This document shows positions 25,171 to 38,944 of a DNA stretch of 64,000 nt, piece after piece. Source of the DNA: Felis catus (lineage: Eukaryota); the NCBI RefSeq assembly GCF_018350175.1, contig NC_058368.1, positions 196,232,001 through 196,296,000 on the forward strand, given 5' to 3'. The notes below the pieces were generated by a model. It saw only the letters and a program-made list of their open reading frames with translations, did not search any database and was not told the origin of the DNA. The position numbers and the translations under genes are program-made. Each line of letters begins with the position of its first letter. Position 1 is the first letter of the stretch.

Positions 25171-25989
25171 TCTAGCTGGGTGGCCTTCTCCCCTCACTGG
25201 CCTCAGTGTCCCTGTCTCTGAAGTGGGTTCAGGGGATGATCTATGGTATGGGAACCTGTCATTCCTGTTTAGCATGGTCAAGGAAGATGCAGGTCCTTGA
25301 ATGCCAGGGTGACTGAACTTAGGGAGGCAGGGAGAGGACCCAGAGAGCCTGGCAGTTCCCTCCCCTCCCCCGTCCAGGTCCTTCCCTTCAGGTATTATGC
25401 TGGGCCTCTGGCTGACAGCTGTGTTTTCTCTGCTCAGCAAAGGTCTTTCCTGTAAACAGTGGAAGTCGGGTGACCTCCAGCCCCGGAAGGCCTCACCCCC
25501 AGGGGCCTGGGTGAGAAAAGACTCCTTGTATCTGGGGTAGGGGTGAACTCTGCACTCCCCAGGAACAACTATTCCGGCAGCATTCCTCCTGGAACGCAGC
25601 TGGAGGGCCGACCCTCCACCAGAAATAGCCTCCCAGTGGCTTTGCTCTGGTCTCCCTGCTTGAGGGGGGGCTCACCTCCAAGGGCCCTGCTGCTGGGAAG
25701 GCTGAGAGTCACAGCAGCCCGAACAGGACACAGGATGCCCCTTGGGAAAGTGGCCAAGCTCTCGCCAGCTCAGATCTGAGTCAGGCATTGCGGGGTCGTG
25801 GCCTGGAACTCCAGCCTACGGAGGCATGGAACCGCATTTAGAAAGGCAACCTGTTTGCACCTGACTTGAAAGACCCTGACGCTTCCTGTCCTCACCTCAA
25901 GCCGCTCCCCTTCTCTGCACAGCCCGTGCAGCTCCTCGCTCTGTCTTCCCTAGCAGACCTTCTCCTGCACTGGTCCTTGCCCTGGTCCT

Positions 25990-26395
25990 CACCCTGGCAC
26001 AGAGGCCCTCCTCCTGCCTCCTCACAAGGCTGGCTTCTTCTCAGCTCCTCCCTCACGTCTCAGCGTAAACATCACCCCCTTAGAGAGGCTGCCTGGCCCC
26101 TCCATCCAAGTGGCCCATCCTATCACCCTCGACCGTGTATCTGTAATTTTCTTTCTTATTGGCCATTTAGCTTTTTATGGTCTTGCTTGTCTCCACTAGA
26201 ATGTACGTTCCATGACGCAGAGACTGTGACTGTTGACATCTGTATTTTCTTGGCTCAGCCAAGGCCTTACCCATGAACATGAGCTATTGAGTGGCCTCCA
26301 GTTCCCGGAAGGCCCCGTTCCAAGCTCTGTCCCTGCCTGGGAGGCACTCAGTAAATACTGGTTAAATGAATGAATGAGTGAATGGGTGAATGCAT
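25990..26395 (+). mobile_element. L2 3' fragments
   Basis: tgtctccactagaatgtacgttccatga; ends gcactcagtaaatactggttaaatgaatgaatga. Confidence 0.6.
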
Positions 26396-26458
26396 AAAAG
26401 GGGAGTGCCAGAAAAGACCCTGGATGATATTTACTATCTTAATAGTAGCTACCAATTC

Positions 26459-26681
26459 TTTTTTTTTTTTTTTTAATCCAAGTTAGCTAACATATAGTGT
26501 AATAATGGTTTCAGGAGTAGAAGTTAGTGATGCATCACTTACATATAACACCCAGTGCTCCTCCCAACAAGTGCCCTCCTTCATGCCCATCACCCATTTA
26601 GCTAATTTCCCCACCAGCACCCCTCCAGCAACCTTCAGTTTGTTCTCTGTGCTTAAGAGTTTCTTATGGTTCGTCTCTCAA
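26459..26681 (-). mobile_element. 5'-truncated carnivore L1 3' end
   Basis: Poly-T followed by carnivore L1 3' UTR-like sequence (acatataacacccagtgctc...aagtgccctcctt); perfect 13-bp TSD tagctaccaattc at 26446 and 26682; interrupts a MIR. Confidence 0.82.
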
Positions 26682-27859
26682 TAGCTACCAATTCGTAAGC
26701 ATTGTCCCTGTGTCCTGCACTGTGCTATGTGCATCGCCTACATTATCTCACTGGGTCCTGCTGCAGCCCTGTGGGCTTAAGTAATGGGCCACGGACACAT
26801 GTGCTGCAGGGTGTGGGGCCCCAATCTCAACCCAAGTTTGCCTCATGGCAAAGCCTGTGCTCTTAACATCCTCCCCTGCACACAGAGGTGGGAAATGACT
26901 TGCCCAAATCCGGCTGGAGAGAGAACCTTCTCCCTGCCTCCCCGTAGCCTCTCCCAGCCAGGGCAGCTGCTGGTGCCGTCTGCCCCAGGTTCCTTCAGAG
27001 AGAGCACGTAGGGTCAACGTCCAGCTCCCAGGCAGTAGGAGGCAGTTGGGGTTTCTCTGAGTCATCCGAACCCCTGAGGCCCCTACAGGTCAGCTCCCAG
27101 GCTGTCAGGCCATGACCTGAGGCCACTCATCTGGCTGACTCTCTCACGTCTAGTCTCCCTCACTGGAGAATGTGCCAGGCTCACCGGGGTACAAGGCAGG
27201 GCCTATGTTTCCGCTGCGACGCTCTCAGCCCCCAGGAATGCTGCTGACTCACAGCAGGCAGGCAGGCCGGCTGTGACTCAGGGCGGTGCAGGCACAGCCC
27301 TCCCTCGGGAAGGGAGGAGAGAGTCCCCAGGTGGAGTGGCGGCCAGCCCCCCAGCTCGTGGCCTGACACGCGTGAGGGCTCTGTCCACGAGAGTGAATGT
27401 TATCCTCTAGCTCAGTGACCCAGATAGCTCTTCCTTGGTGGGCCTCGATTTCCCTGTGGGTGCATGGAGCAGAGGCCCCGCATGGTCCATGATGGGATGT
27501 CATCTGCAGTTAAGACAATGAAAGTGAACGAGAACCTCAAGTGCCCACGGGCGGACTCTAGGCTGGAATTTGTGGAGGCCGATGCCCTGGGGAAGGGCTC
27601 AAGTCTCACCCTTAACACCACCTCACATGTGGACTTGGTAGAATTACCTCCCCCACGCTGGGCCTCAACCCCCTCATCTGTCGACAGCCAGCTTCTAGTG
27701 GGCAGAGTGGGCCGTCACCAACTCGACTTTTATCCACACTGCTCCCCCCGCTGAGGATGTCCTGGCCACCGTCTGCCTCCTGGTCCTTCAAGGGCCTGGT
27801 CCATCGCGGCTTCACCGAGGAGCCTTGCAGAACCTTCCATTCAAAACTCATCTCTCACA

Positions 27860-28150
27860 GATGTTAAAACAATGTCATGAATCTACATGTGATTGCATTA
27901 AAAATGTACAAAATATATTAAGCGAAAAAAGCAGGAGGCAGAATAAAGTGCATAAAATGCATTTTGATCCATATATACGTGTCTATAATTGGAAATGCAT
28001 AGGGAAAAAAAAGGCCTAGAAGGATATATATAAAAACGTTAACCATGACAATCTCTGAGTCATGAAGATGATGGTGATATTTATTTTTCCTTAATATTTT
28101 TCAAGGCTCTCTAAATTGCATGCGACGAGCATGTTGCTTTTATAAACAGA
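27860..28150 (+). mobile_element. Old L1ME-like 3' fragment
   Basis: AT-rich; aaaatatattaagcgaaaaaagcagg...ctagaaggatatatataaaaacgttaac. Confidence 0.45.
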
Positions 28151-28561
28151 AAGACATTAGAGCTTCTTTCTAATTTAAAACTCCTTCTCCACCTCCCCTG
28201 TGGCCTTTTGCCAATCGTCTCCTCTGTGGCACACACTGCTTTTCCCGGTGTGACCCGGTGCCTGGCCCACCGCAGACTCTCAATGCCGTCCTTGATCGGA
28301 ATCGGAGGGGTTGCCCCGTCTTGTGGGCGTACCTCCTCTCCCATGAAACGGAGAGGCCCCCCGGAGGAGAGACAGCACCCTACACCGCGTGCCAACATAG
28401 AGGCAGCACATCGTCAGAAAAGGAGTCGAGAAGCCTGAGTGTCGGTTCTGGAGATGGCCCTAAATCGCTGCCTGTGTCTATGTATCTAAGTCCCCTCCTC
28501 ACTCCAGGCCTCATTTCCCTCACCTGCAAAATGAAGGGTTGGACTCTACAATCTCTACATT

Positions 28562-28735
28562 AGTGCTCTCCAATGGAGCTTTCTGCAATGATGGACGAGT
28601 TCTACCACTTTGTTGTCCAATATGGTAGCTGCTAGCTCTTGGAAGGTGCTAGAGCCATTTAGAAATGGAATCAATTTAAATCTAAACAGCCATTCTTAAC
28701 TAGTAGGCACCAAAGGGATGGATGGTGCAGTTCTA
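28562..28735 (+). mobile_element. MER3-like hAT remnant
   Basis: gtgctctccaatggagctttctgcaatgatgga...tgtccaatatggtagc. Confidence 0.55.
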
Positions 28736-28969
28736 GATAACCCTTTTAGCCCTGACGTTTGGTGATTCTCTTATTTATTAAAGTTTCATTTTCTCAGAAG
28801 AGCACCTGGTCTCCCACCTCTTCAGGAAATGTAACTTCCCCCAACTGCAACCATGTGACTCCAAGGAGGCCTGCCGTCTTTGTAGATCTCACCCCCAATC
28901 CTCAATGATCGGCCAGGGTGGTCACTTGACCCAAGGTAGACCAACTAGAGCCCTTCTCTGGGGCTTTTA

Positions 28970-29495
28970 AGTTGCAGTGAATTGAATATAGCCTAAAATT
29001 AACTTTCTAAAAGCGAGTGAGCAATTCAATTCAATTCAGCGTTGTACAACCACCACCTCTGTTTGGTTCGAGAACATTTTCATCACCTCCAAAGGAAGCC
29101 TCCTACCAATTAAGCAGCTGCTCTGCCATTTCCTCTTTCCAACTCTTTTGGCAACCACCAATCCGCGTTCTATGGACTTGCCTCACCCAGGTATTTCAAG
29201 TAGATGGAATCATACAATATGTGAACTTTCGTGTCTGGCCTCTTTCACTGAGCTCATCCACACTGTAGCATGTATCAGTACTCCATTCCTTTTTTATGGC
29301 CGAGTAATATTCCACTGCGTCTATTTACCACAATTTGTTTATCCATTCACCCACCGAAACACATTTGGGCGGTTTCCACTTTTTGGCTATTGTGAATCGT
29401 GCTGTATGAATATTTGTGTACAAGTATGTGTTTAAGTCCTTGTTTTCACTTCCTTGGGGTACATAGTTAGGCGTGGGATTAATTGCCGGATCTCA
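28970..29495 (-). mobile_element. Old L1M (L1MB-like) 3' fragment
   Basis: gttgtacaaccaccacc...agaacattttcatcacc, atggaatcatacaatatg, gtaatattccactg, ttccactttttggctattgtgaat. Confidence 0.75.
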
Positions 29496-30424
29496 CTGGC
29501 ACTTTACAGTCCCACCAGCAATGTCCGGTTGGGTTTGAGGGTACTCTAGATGGAACCCTCCGCGTTGTGAGACACCAAATCCCTGCCTGGAACCTGCAGC
29601 CGAACCGCCCTCTGGTTCCCTCTGCCAAGAGTCTCAGACAGACAGGAAAACAGCTGTGGCTTGTCATCTGATAAGAGACAAGAGGCTGGTGGTAAGGGTG
29701 GGTGGGAGGTGGGTTGCAGTGGGAATAGAGGGCTGGGTTCCCCTGAGGACACTGTGGGGCAGGGAATATGGAAGAGAGGCTGGAGGCCAGGCCAGGGGAA
29801 GGAGGGGGGGAAAGGTGGAAAGAAAAACTCAGCAGAATCGCCAATGTTTAGATGGCCTTTCCAGAGTAACTGAGACAGCTCGTCTGGGGCCAACCATGAA
29901 GGCAATGTTCTTTCAGGGTCTGAGAGGAAACAACTCCGATTTGGTTTTCTGGGCAGGGGGAAGGAATGGAAAGTGATGAGGAAGGGTGGTTGTAGAGACA
30001 GGGCTCGGGCCACTCTACCCTTTAATTCTCTAGAATCTCAAATGTGGGATCTGGGCCCACAGGAGCAGAGCCCAGTTGGTTGTTTTCTAAATATGATCCG
30101 GGGAGCACACACAGGTAACAAGATGAGGGCTCAGGGGGTGGAGGTAGGGAAGTCCTAATTGGGGACAATGAGAGAAAGTGCCAGATGGCGGGAGCTGTGT
30201 AGTCCTTGGAGGAGGGGGCAGGCCACCCGTGCCATCTTTAGACATGCTCCTGGAAAGAAAATGGAAAGATAATTGACTCTTCCTTCTTGCACAGTTAATT
30301 AAATTTTTCTTTTTAATTCGTGATAGTTGGAGTGCATGAAACATGGGACTTCACACATCGATGAATTGCTCCAGGTTCATGGCCCACAGACGCAGGTCTT
30401 CTGACAAATTCTATCTCCCACGCA

Positions 30425-30870
30425 CATAAGTTTACCAGACCACCATAACCAAGGTCCGTGCTGGGTGAGTTAAACAATGGAAATGTATTGTCTCCCAGTT
30501 CCAGAGGCTACAAGTCTGAAATCAAGGTGTTGGTTCCTTTCAGGGGCTATGAGAGAGAATCCGGTCCGGGCCCCTCGTATAGCTTCTGAGGGTTTGTTGG
30601 AAATCTTGGGGATTCTTTGGCTTATAGAAGCATCACCCTGATTTCTGCCTTTATCTCTATATGGGATTTCTCTGTGTGTCTGTCTATGTGTCCAAATTTC
30701 CCCCCATTTATAAGGACACCAGTTATATTGGATTAGGCCCCACTCTAAGGGCCTCATTTTCATTTGATTACCTCTGTAAAGACCCTATTTCCAACTAAGG
30801 TCACATTCTGAGATACTGGGAGTGGGATAACAACATACTCTCTCAGAGGGACACAGTTCAACCATAAACA
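30425..30870 (-). mobile_element. MLT1 (ERVL-MaLR) solo LTR
   Basis: Reverse-strand MLT1 hallmarks: cagttccagaggctacaagtctgaaatcaaggtgttgg, aaggacaccagttatattggattagg, aaggtcacattctgag. Confidence 0.82.
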
Positions 30871-32454
30871 ACAAGATATCCCTCCATCCCTCCATCAAGA
30901 AAGATTTAGGGTACGATTGTATCCACTGTATTACAGAGAATATTCCTGACAGGAAATAACTGCCATTTTGCGTAAGTATCTCTGAACACCAAGTCTTCTG
31001 CTTACAATTGTAGAGGCCTGACCATTTGAGGATTTTGAAGAACTATCTACAGTCTAGCTTCCAGCTTCCAACATTTCAAAGTATCCCTCCTTTCCAGCAT
31101 GCACAGTTCTGTTGCCAGGTACTGGAAGATGTGTTCATGTGGCTATGCAGCTCTGAACCTTCACCTGTGTCTTTATGCCAGGTGAGTGGGCTCAGGAGAC
31201 AGCGGGCGGGTCCTTCGAGACATGTCTATCCAGAGACAGCTGACTTAACCATATATAAAGCCTAGACAGCCACTAGATGCAAACTAAATGTATTGCCAAC
31301 TCAACGTCCCCTTAACCAGAACCCCAAAATGCCACGGACCCTTCTAAAGCCATCTGACAACAAGAAAAATCTGGCAGTAAGGAGGTCAGAGGGGGAAAAA
31401 GTGAGTGATCTCAACTGATTACAGTTAGAATGACTTGTGCAATTTTTACAGAAACACATGACCATGTGAACACATCGCTAGGGCCTTTCCCCTGGCTTAG
31501 AGGGGGGCCTGTGCCAGGAAAGGGTCCTGAAGCTTAAACTGGACTGGTTTCACGGTTGATTTGCCTCTGGATGAGTGCCTCTCTCCATCGTAAAAGCCTC
31601 CACGAGTCAGAAAACAAACAAACAAAACTCCACAAACATTCATTCAAGAAGGACGTGTTCATCTATTATATGCCAGAGCCTGTGCTAGATCCTGATGAAG
31701 CGGAGACAAACAAAGCAAGCTGAGAGCAAATCCAACTTCTAGACATCACAACCTCCCCGGGGGCCCAGCCCTGGAGAGACTGGGCTCTCCCAGGGGTGAG
31801 TCATCAGATGGAGGAGAAAAACGAGCCCCAGCTTGGGCTGGAAAGTTGGCCTTTCCCTTTGAGAAGTGTAATGAAAGATCCTGGGAAAAGAAGCCTCCTC
31901 CTAGAAGAATCTTGATGCTGGACACAGCCCCCAAAGAGAGGTTATCCATTAAGCTAGGAGTAAAATCCCCAAATCAGACCTCAGAGCCACCCTTTCCCCA
32001 GGAAAATGTCCCCTGTCAGGAGTCCTAGACCTCGGGGCCTAAAGCCTCAGCCCCTGTGTCCAACCTCTTGCTTTGGTTCAGAACCTTCTTCCATCTTTGA
32101 CTTGTGATGAGCAGAAGCATATGACTGCCTAAACCAGTCCTTCCTGCCAGTGACTGACCAGTCCCAGCCGCCTACCTCAGCTTTTGCCCAGCCTCATTCT
32201 GGACCGTGGCACCCTGAATCACTTGAAGGACACGCACCTTGGGGGTGTCCTCCTCTCTGAGCCTCAGTCTCTTCATATATCAAATGGGACGACAATGGAC
32301 CATCAACTCCAAGAGGGCCGGGTGATTTGTCTTGTCCATCCCTGGGGTCTCAGCCCCACGGAAGTGGATGGCACCCTAGTAGGTGTTTGTCGTGTGAATG
32401 AATGGTATAGAGAGATCCTTGACCTCTGCGTGGAGGAGACCGTAGATTTACATT

Positions 32455-32870
32455 ACAAGAGCTGGTACTTGTTCAGTTGCAAGTGGTAGACACGAATGCA
32501 ACCTGGCATGAGACGGAACAACTGTATCCATTCATATCGCCCAAGTCCCCGGGGTAATTATAACGTTAGGATTCTTCTGCTCAACTGACAATATGGTGAA
32601 TCTGTCTCCACCTCTGCACTTGGCTTTCCTCTCTGTTAGCCCTTAGAGTTAGTCTGGAGTTAGGCCTACAGTCCAGCAGAAAAGAGACAATCTTGTTCTC
32701 AGAAATTCAAACAAAAATCTCGGAAGTGAGTCTCATTGGATAGACTTGGGTCCCTTGCCCATTCCCAAACTAATCCCTGTGGCCAGGGACATCTGATGTT
32801 CTGATTACCCAAGCCTGCCCTGGAGTTGACTCACCAGTAGGAAGGAGTAGTTCTGCAAACGAAAATGCAG
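32455..32870 (-). mobile_element. Old MLT1K/L-like LTR remnant
   Basis: cagttgcaagtggtaga...tctcattgg...cttgggtcccttgcccattccc...aatccctgtggccaggg. Confidence 0.45.
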
Positions 32871-34329
32871 GTTCCATCACCAGGAAAGGGGAGGTGGCTC
32901 CCCGGCCGACAGCAGGTGCCCACCATAGCACTCGACTAAAGCCTGAAGTGTAGGCAAAACTTCTCCGCTCTGAGCCTCGCCCTCTTCACCTGTCCTTGGG
33001 GACAAAGACGACCCTGACAGAAACCCTGTGCTTCTCCTCATTCTAGAGCCTTTGTGAGGTCCCACCAAGGCTGTGAGTTATAATAATGACTAACATTTAT
33101 TGAGCCATCGCAGGCATCTGGCCCTGTGCTAAGTAAACTCTTGACACATTTATTTTAATATTTACAACAATCCGTTTTACTGATGAGAAGCAAGCCGAGA
33201 GCAGTTATAAGGCTTGTACACTGTCACATAGCTAGCAAGGGTGGAGCTGGGGTTTAAAGCAGTGCCCTCAAGCATGAAGCTATATATAAACTGTAAATAA
33301 TTTTACAAGCATAGGGATTATTAGTAATGGTCTGTACTGTTAATAATAGTAATTTTTTTAAAACCCTGAAAGGGAAATTCAAATAAATTCAAACAAATGT
33401 TTGTTTAGCACCTACTATGGGCTGATCACTCACCAGGGGCTCAGAGGGAGACACATAAATAACTGTGAAACAGGCAGACTGTGATCTAATAGAGCCATAA
33501 ACATGCCCCAGGGGAGTGTGGGGAGCAAGAGATTGACTCCGCCCGGGGAGGGGTGAGGGGAGGGGACCTGGAAAGGTCTCTTAGAAGAGGTAGGATTTGA
33601 ACTGAGCTTGAAAGATAAAGGGACTTCAACAAAGGGAGGAGAGAGAAAATCAACTTTATAAGTGATCTGGAAGGATCTAAAGGCCCAGTGCAGAGTTCCT
33701 GGATAAGAGTTAAGCATGTCTATGCAAAATAACTTTCACACCAGCAGGAGCTTCAAAAAGTGATTGAGTAAGTGGAGCGCAGCAGTTGCCATAGGAACAG
33801 AGGCAAGCCTCATCCCTGTCATTAGTGAGCATCCCTGGCTTTGAGCTGTCTAGCCAGGGCCAGGAGGCAGCGGGGGCTGGGCTGAGCTGTCCCTTAGAAG
33901 AAAAGCCCAGCAAGATTGCTGCCCTGGGAGACTGGCTCTTGTTTCATAGGGAGGAGAGCTGACAGGTGACATCTGGTTCAGAGAAAATAGCCAGCCAGGG
34001 GAAGCCTCTGCCTCAGAGGGCTTTGGGACATCCCGAAGCTACTAGAGCAGGCACTGGGACATCAGGGAGGGAATGCGAAGGGCAGGGAACGGGCCTGAGA
34101 ACCACAAGTGGCCAAGGGGTAGAGTTCTATCCGGGATGCCAGGGTGTGAGGGTACCTCCCGGAGCGTGGCCTCCCAGGACCCCTGGGGACCACCAGGGCA
34201 TCCCAATGCACTGAGAGAGTTGGCATCTAACCACTAAGAGCACAGGGGAAACCGTAAGTGAAGACGCCAGTGACAGGTTAGGTGTCTCTAACAGGAGAGT
34301 GAATGGTGGGGTATTTAATGCAACAGGCA

Positions 34330-34570
34330 TTAGACCCCAGACGTATGTTCAAATCTTGGCTCTGACACTTTCTAGCTGTGTGACCTTGGGCAAATTACTT
34401 ACCCTTTCTTTCCTTCTCAGTTTCCCCATCTGTAAGATGTAGACGAGGGTAATAATTTTACCTGCTTCATAGGCCTGCATGAGAATTAAGTGAGATAATA
34501 AACACAGTCATGTATGGTAACTGGCACACAATGGACGTTCAATAAATGCAAGCTATTATAGCATTATTAT
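34330..34570 (+). mobile_element. MIR
   Basis: ttcaaatcttggctctgacactttctagctgtgtgaccttgggcaaattactt...cagtttccccatctgtaagatg. Confidence 0.8.
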
Positions 34571-34944
34571 GACTTCCAAGTTTCAATTGGGTATTGATTC
34601 AGTGTCTTCCCCCCCCCACCCCCAGGCAGAGTTTCCTTATATTTGTGCTAAAAGCCAGGTTCTCCAAATATAGAAGACGAGGACAATGACAACAGTGAGG
34701 GTAGCGAGGGGACCCATTTACCTTCCGAGTGTCCAGTGACTATTATCAAGAAGGAGGGAGTCAAGGTTCTGTCCCTGCGAGCCAAGCCAAGAAGTTTGAG
34801 CCATTTACTACAGGCAGTCGGTCGCCATTGAACATTTTGGAAGAAAAAAAAGGACTTGATCAAGGGAATGCAGATTTTCGTCCCTGAAGCTCTATGCACT
34901 TGTAGGAATAGACTCTAAGTATAATGACAATAGAATCTAAATAT

Positions 34945-35205
34945 AGTAACAATAATAACAACAGCTATCATTTCACGAGAGAGCTTATTATGCACCAGGC
35001 ACCGTGCTAAGAGCTTCACATGCCTTGTCTGTTGTAATCCTTATAACAACCTTATGAGGTAGCTACTATAATTAGTCCCGTTTTACAAATAAGAAAACTG
35101 GGGCACTGAGAGGTCGACTCAGGTAGCTAAGTCACACAGCTAGCAAATGGCAGAGCTGGGCTGGAACACAGCCACCTGGCTCCAGGGGTCTGCCATTTAA
35201 CCCCT
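34945..35205 (-). mobile_element. MIR
   Basis: ccaggcaccgtgctaag...aatccttataacaaccttatgaggtag...ttttacaaataagaaaactg. Confidence 0.8.
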
Positions 35206-35370
35206 GCACTCTTTTTCCTTCCCTGAACCCAGAAGAGGGGGTGCTGGTGGGCAACCTGTCACTCTCACTTTTAGGAGCCCCACCATTTATCTGGATTTCA
35301 GTCTCCCCCCCCCCCCCCCCCGCAGTCTGATGCTCTGGGACTTCACCTCTTTCTCTGAAAGTCCCACCTG

Positions 35371-35372
<2 letters not shown>

Positions 35373-35422
<50 letters not shown>

Positions 35423-35438
35423 AAGGGAGAGAGAGAGA
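35373..35438. repeat. Compound (GT)n(GA)n microsatellite
   Basis: Directly visible. Confidence 0.95.
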
Positions 35439-37315
35439 AACCAGCTGACCAGGGAGGACGGAAGCCTCTGGACATCAAAGTGGGCAGAGCCCCGGATGGA
35501 TGGGCTGGAGGCAGGCCTGGGTCCCGTTGGGCTAATTCCTCCCAGGGCTGGCAGAGGCCACGGCGGGAACTTCTGAGAAGGTGGAGAACAAGTCCTTTCA
35601 TACGGCCTCCCTTTGAGCTGGCCTCCAGGTGGGGCCGGGGTCGGTGGGTGGAGGGCGGGGAACGAGCCGAGAGGCGAGGCCGCATTCGGGCTGGGCAAAC
35701 AGATTGGGCAGCGGCTGTGAGCACAGAGCGCCCATTGTGGACCCAGAGCTCTGCTTTCAATAATCTACTCGGAAGAATGTTTCATTGAGCGCCAGAGAAA
35801 GGAGCCATTGAAATGCCCAGGACTGGGGCCCCGTGAAGGGTTAAAGGCAAGGGGCTACGGTGCCCTGGCTCTTGCCACTCCGGGTTCAGATGTCTGATCT
35901 GGGGATCCTGACACTAAAGCAAGGGGGATTCGGTGAGACCACCAAGAGGGCCGGAAGCAAGGGTCAGGAGGGCTGTGTGTCTCCCCCCTCCCAGAAATGC
36001 AAAAGGGGGTGTGCCAGCATTAAGGAGGAAAATGCTTCTCTTCCCAGAACATTTTGCCCGGATAATATCCAGCAAGGACCGGGCCTCGGATGCCCCTCAG
36101 TCTACCCACTGGTGAGAACAGCTCAGCTGGGCAGACAATATATTTTCTATAATACAGCCAGCACGGCTGTCTTAAACACCTCCAACATCACCTTTGATCA
36201 TTAATCTATTGTAATTAACGATGCACTAGACGTGAGTGTGGGAGGTAAAGAGAGAACCGGTGGCCTCTAGGACTAGATGACCAAGGAAGCCCACGGAACT
36301 TTCTCTCGTGGAGGCATTTTTCACATAGAGCAACCGCTCCTTAGGAGGATATGGCCTATAACTGTTGGAAAGGGTGCCGGCGGTAGCATTCTGCGCTCCG
36401 GGGCCATGCGCCCTTTCAAACTCCAGAGGCTGCCGGGGCGTAAAGTGCAGGGAACGTGATGCTGGCATCTGTGGGCTCCGCAAGAGAGACGGGAGGTGAA
36501 GGAGCCGGGCTGACCACTGGGCACCCGGACCCCCAGCCTCACTGCGGCGTCCTCCTCACTACAGAACCCGCCACAGCCAATGCTGCTTCCTGGGCCCGCG
36601 TCTCCGGGGGGTCGGGGGGGGGATGTTCTACCGCTCTGGCTGAGCTTACGCCGTGGGCCTGTCAGAGCAACCATTCTGGACGGAAACCTTAAACAATTGC
36701 TGATGGCTTCTCCAGCTTTCCTAAAAAGAGAACCTTGAGCAGAATGTCAGCTCTGAAGGGTGACCCATCATTCACTGCTGTGGTGCGGCTGTGATTTGGT
36801 GGTGCCCTCGGGTCTGTTCAGATGCATACAGCTCTTTCTTTGCTTTTGTACCAAAGGGCCCCAAACTCCCAGGCTTTTGGAATTCATCGGTCTGATTTTT
36901 ATGCTTATTCTTTTGTACCCCCCTGATGTTTCCACTGGGAAACTGTATTACTAGAAGACAGACAAGCGCCTCAAGCCACTTTCTTATACATTCCTTCTGA
37001 ACTGCTTCCAGTGTTCTTGGGCCAGGGAAGAAAATCATTAGCTTTGTAAGAATTGCGTGTGGAGCAAGAGTCAGTAGGTCTGGAGTGAGGGAGGCCTGAC
37101 AAGCTCTCCTCTGAATTAAGGGATTGAACTCTGTGACACTTGTGACTGTGCAGAGGCCTTCTGTCTTATCTTTCAGGTCCTTGATTTGGCCCAGCCTAGA
37201 AAATTGACCTCCAGAGGACAACAGCATGTATAATCTGTGCCTAAGATCTTTGCCAAGGTCAGTCACGTCAGGAGAAAATAATATCTGTACTAAGTTAATT
37301 TTAGCTCAAAGATGG

Positions 37316-37316
<1 letters not shown>

Positions 37317-37355
<39 letters not shown>
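37317..37355. repeat. (CA)n microsatellite
   Basis: Directly visible. Confidence 0.95.
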
Positions 37356-37358
<3 letters not shown>

Positions 37359-37703
37359 ACAACCTACCCCACAACATGCATAGCAATGAAAGACAACACC
37401 ACAAAACGGACTCACCACTTCTTCACTTTTACATTTCTGTATCCTAGAAAGTTTTCTGTGGATACATAATGCAAATCATAACATTTTCGAGTTGGAAAGA
37501 ACTTCCAAAGTCCTTTAGTGTTGCCCCCCATTTTAGTTCAGAATCTCCCTACCTCCTGAACAGGTGGGCACTTGACGTCTTTCTTGCACAGTGCTGGTAA
37601 CGAGGAGTGCAGTGTTTTTTTAAGCCCGACAGGAAGTAACCACACTATACCCCTGCTACATCTGATCTGCATTTTGTGTGCAGATGTTAGGCTTTTGGTA
37701 CCG

Positions 37704-37733
37704 TTTTTTAAAAAATGTTTATTTATTTTCAGA

Positions 37734-37771
<38 letters not shown>

Positions 37772-37933
37772 ACACTCACAAGCAGGGGAGGGGCAGAGGG
37801 AGAGGGAGAGAGCGAATCCCAAGCAAGCTCCGAGCTGACTCTAGGGGCTCAATCTCATGACCCACCGTAAGATCATGACTTGAGCCGAAATCAAGAGTCG
37901 GATGCTCAACTAAGTAAGCCACACAGGTGCCCC
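37704..37933 (-). mobile_element. CAN-SINE
   Basis: SINEC sequence; degenerate TSD tggtac(c/t)gtttt. Confidence 0.88.
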
Positions 37934-37942
37934 TCTGGTACT

Positions 37943-38181
37943 GTTTTATTATTTTTTTTTAACTAGATGTTTTAAATGTTTATTTATTTTTGAGAGTGAG
38001 AAAGAGAGAGAGAGAGAGAGTGGGGGGGTGCGCAGAGACAGAGAGGGAGACAGAATCTGAAGCAGGCTCCAGGCTGAGCTGTCAGCACAGAGCCCCACGC
38101 AGAGCTCAAACCCACGAACCAGCAAAACACAAACCTGAGCTGAAGTCGGATGCTTAACCGACTGAGCCACCCAGGGGCACC
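37943..38181 (-). mobile_element. CAN-SINE
   Basis: SINEC sequence in tandem with the previous copy. Confidence 0.88.
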
Positions 38182-38944
38182 ACTCTCATACTGTTTCAAT
38201 GCAGCTGGTCTTGGGGGGATGAAGGGGTAAGCGTGCATCTATGTGAATGAGGGTCAGATCTTCCCTATCTGTAGGGGGGATATTCCCGCTGTCATTCACC
38301 TTGGAAAAAGGTGGGTCCTGAATGAGAAACTGCAGAGACTAGCTTAGCTGAAGAGGGAACTTCTGTTTCTCTGTGACTTACTTTTTGGGCCTGACCCTGA
38401 GACATTTTGGAGTTCTCGGGTCCATCTGGGCTGCAGTGGGGCTGACGGACACCGTGCCGGGGAAGGAGGAAGGGAGGCATCCTGTAGGGAACATAAAGGG
38501 AAGACGAGTGAGTCACATCTTAATAGCGATATGACCTGGATTCACGTTACTCTTTGTTTATTTCCCCCTTGTCATCCCGGAGCCTTTGGAAATGTCCAGC
38601 TTAAATGTTCCAGCCTGGCCCTGCTGTGTCACGGTATTAAAAGAAGAGTTGAGGGTCAGTGTTTATATCCCTAGGACGTTAGAGGGGAAATGGTGCCCTC
38701 TGAGGCCACGTGGGTTTCAGTGAGTATGAGGGGCTCTTAAACGTGAATACTGGCAACAAGAGTTGGGCCCCAGAGTTCCACCTACTCCTCTCCACGTGGT
38801 GATTCACCCATCACTGCCATCCTTTTATTAAGAAAACTGCCAGATTTCCTACAAAAGTAATCCCTTAAATTGGCCCGAAATCTGCCTCCCCGTAACATTC
38901 ACCCACAGGACTTAGTCTCTTCTCCCAGAACCCCAGAGAACAAT

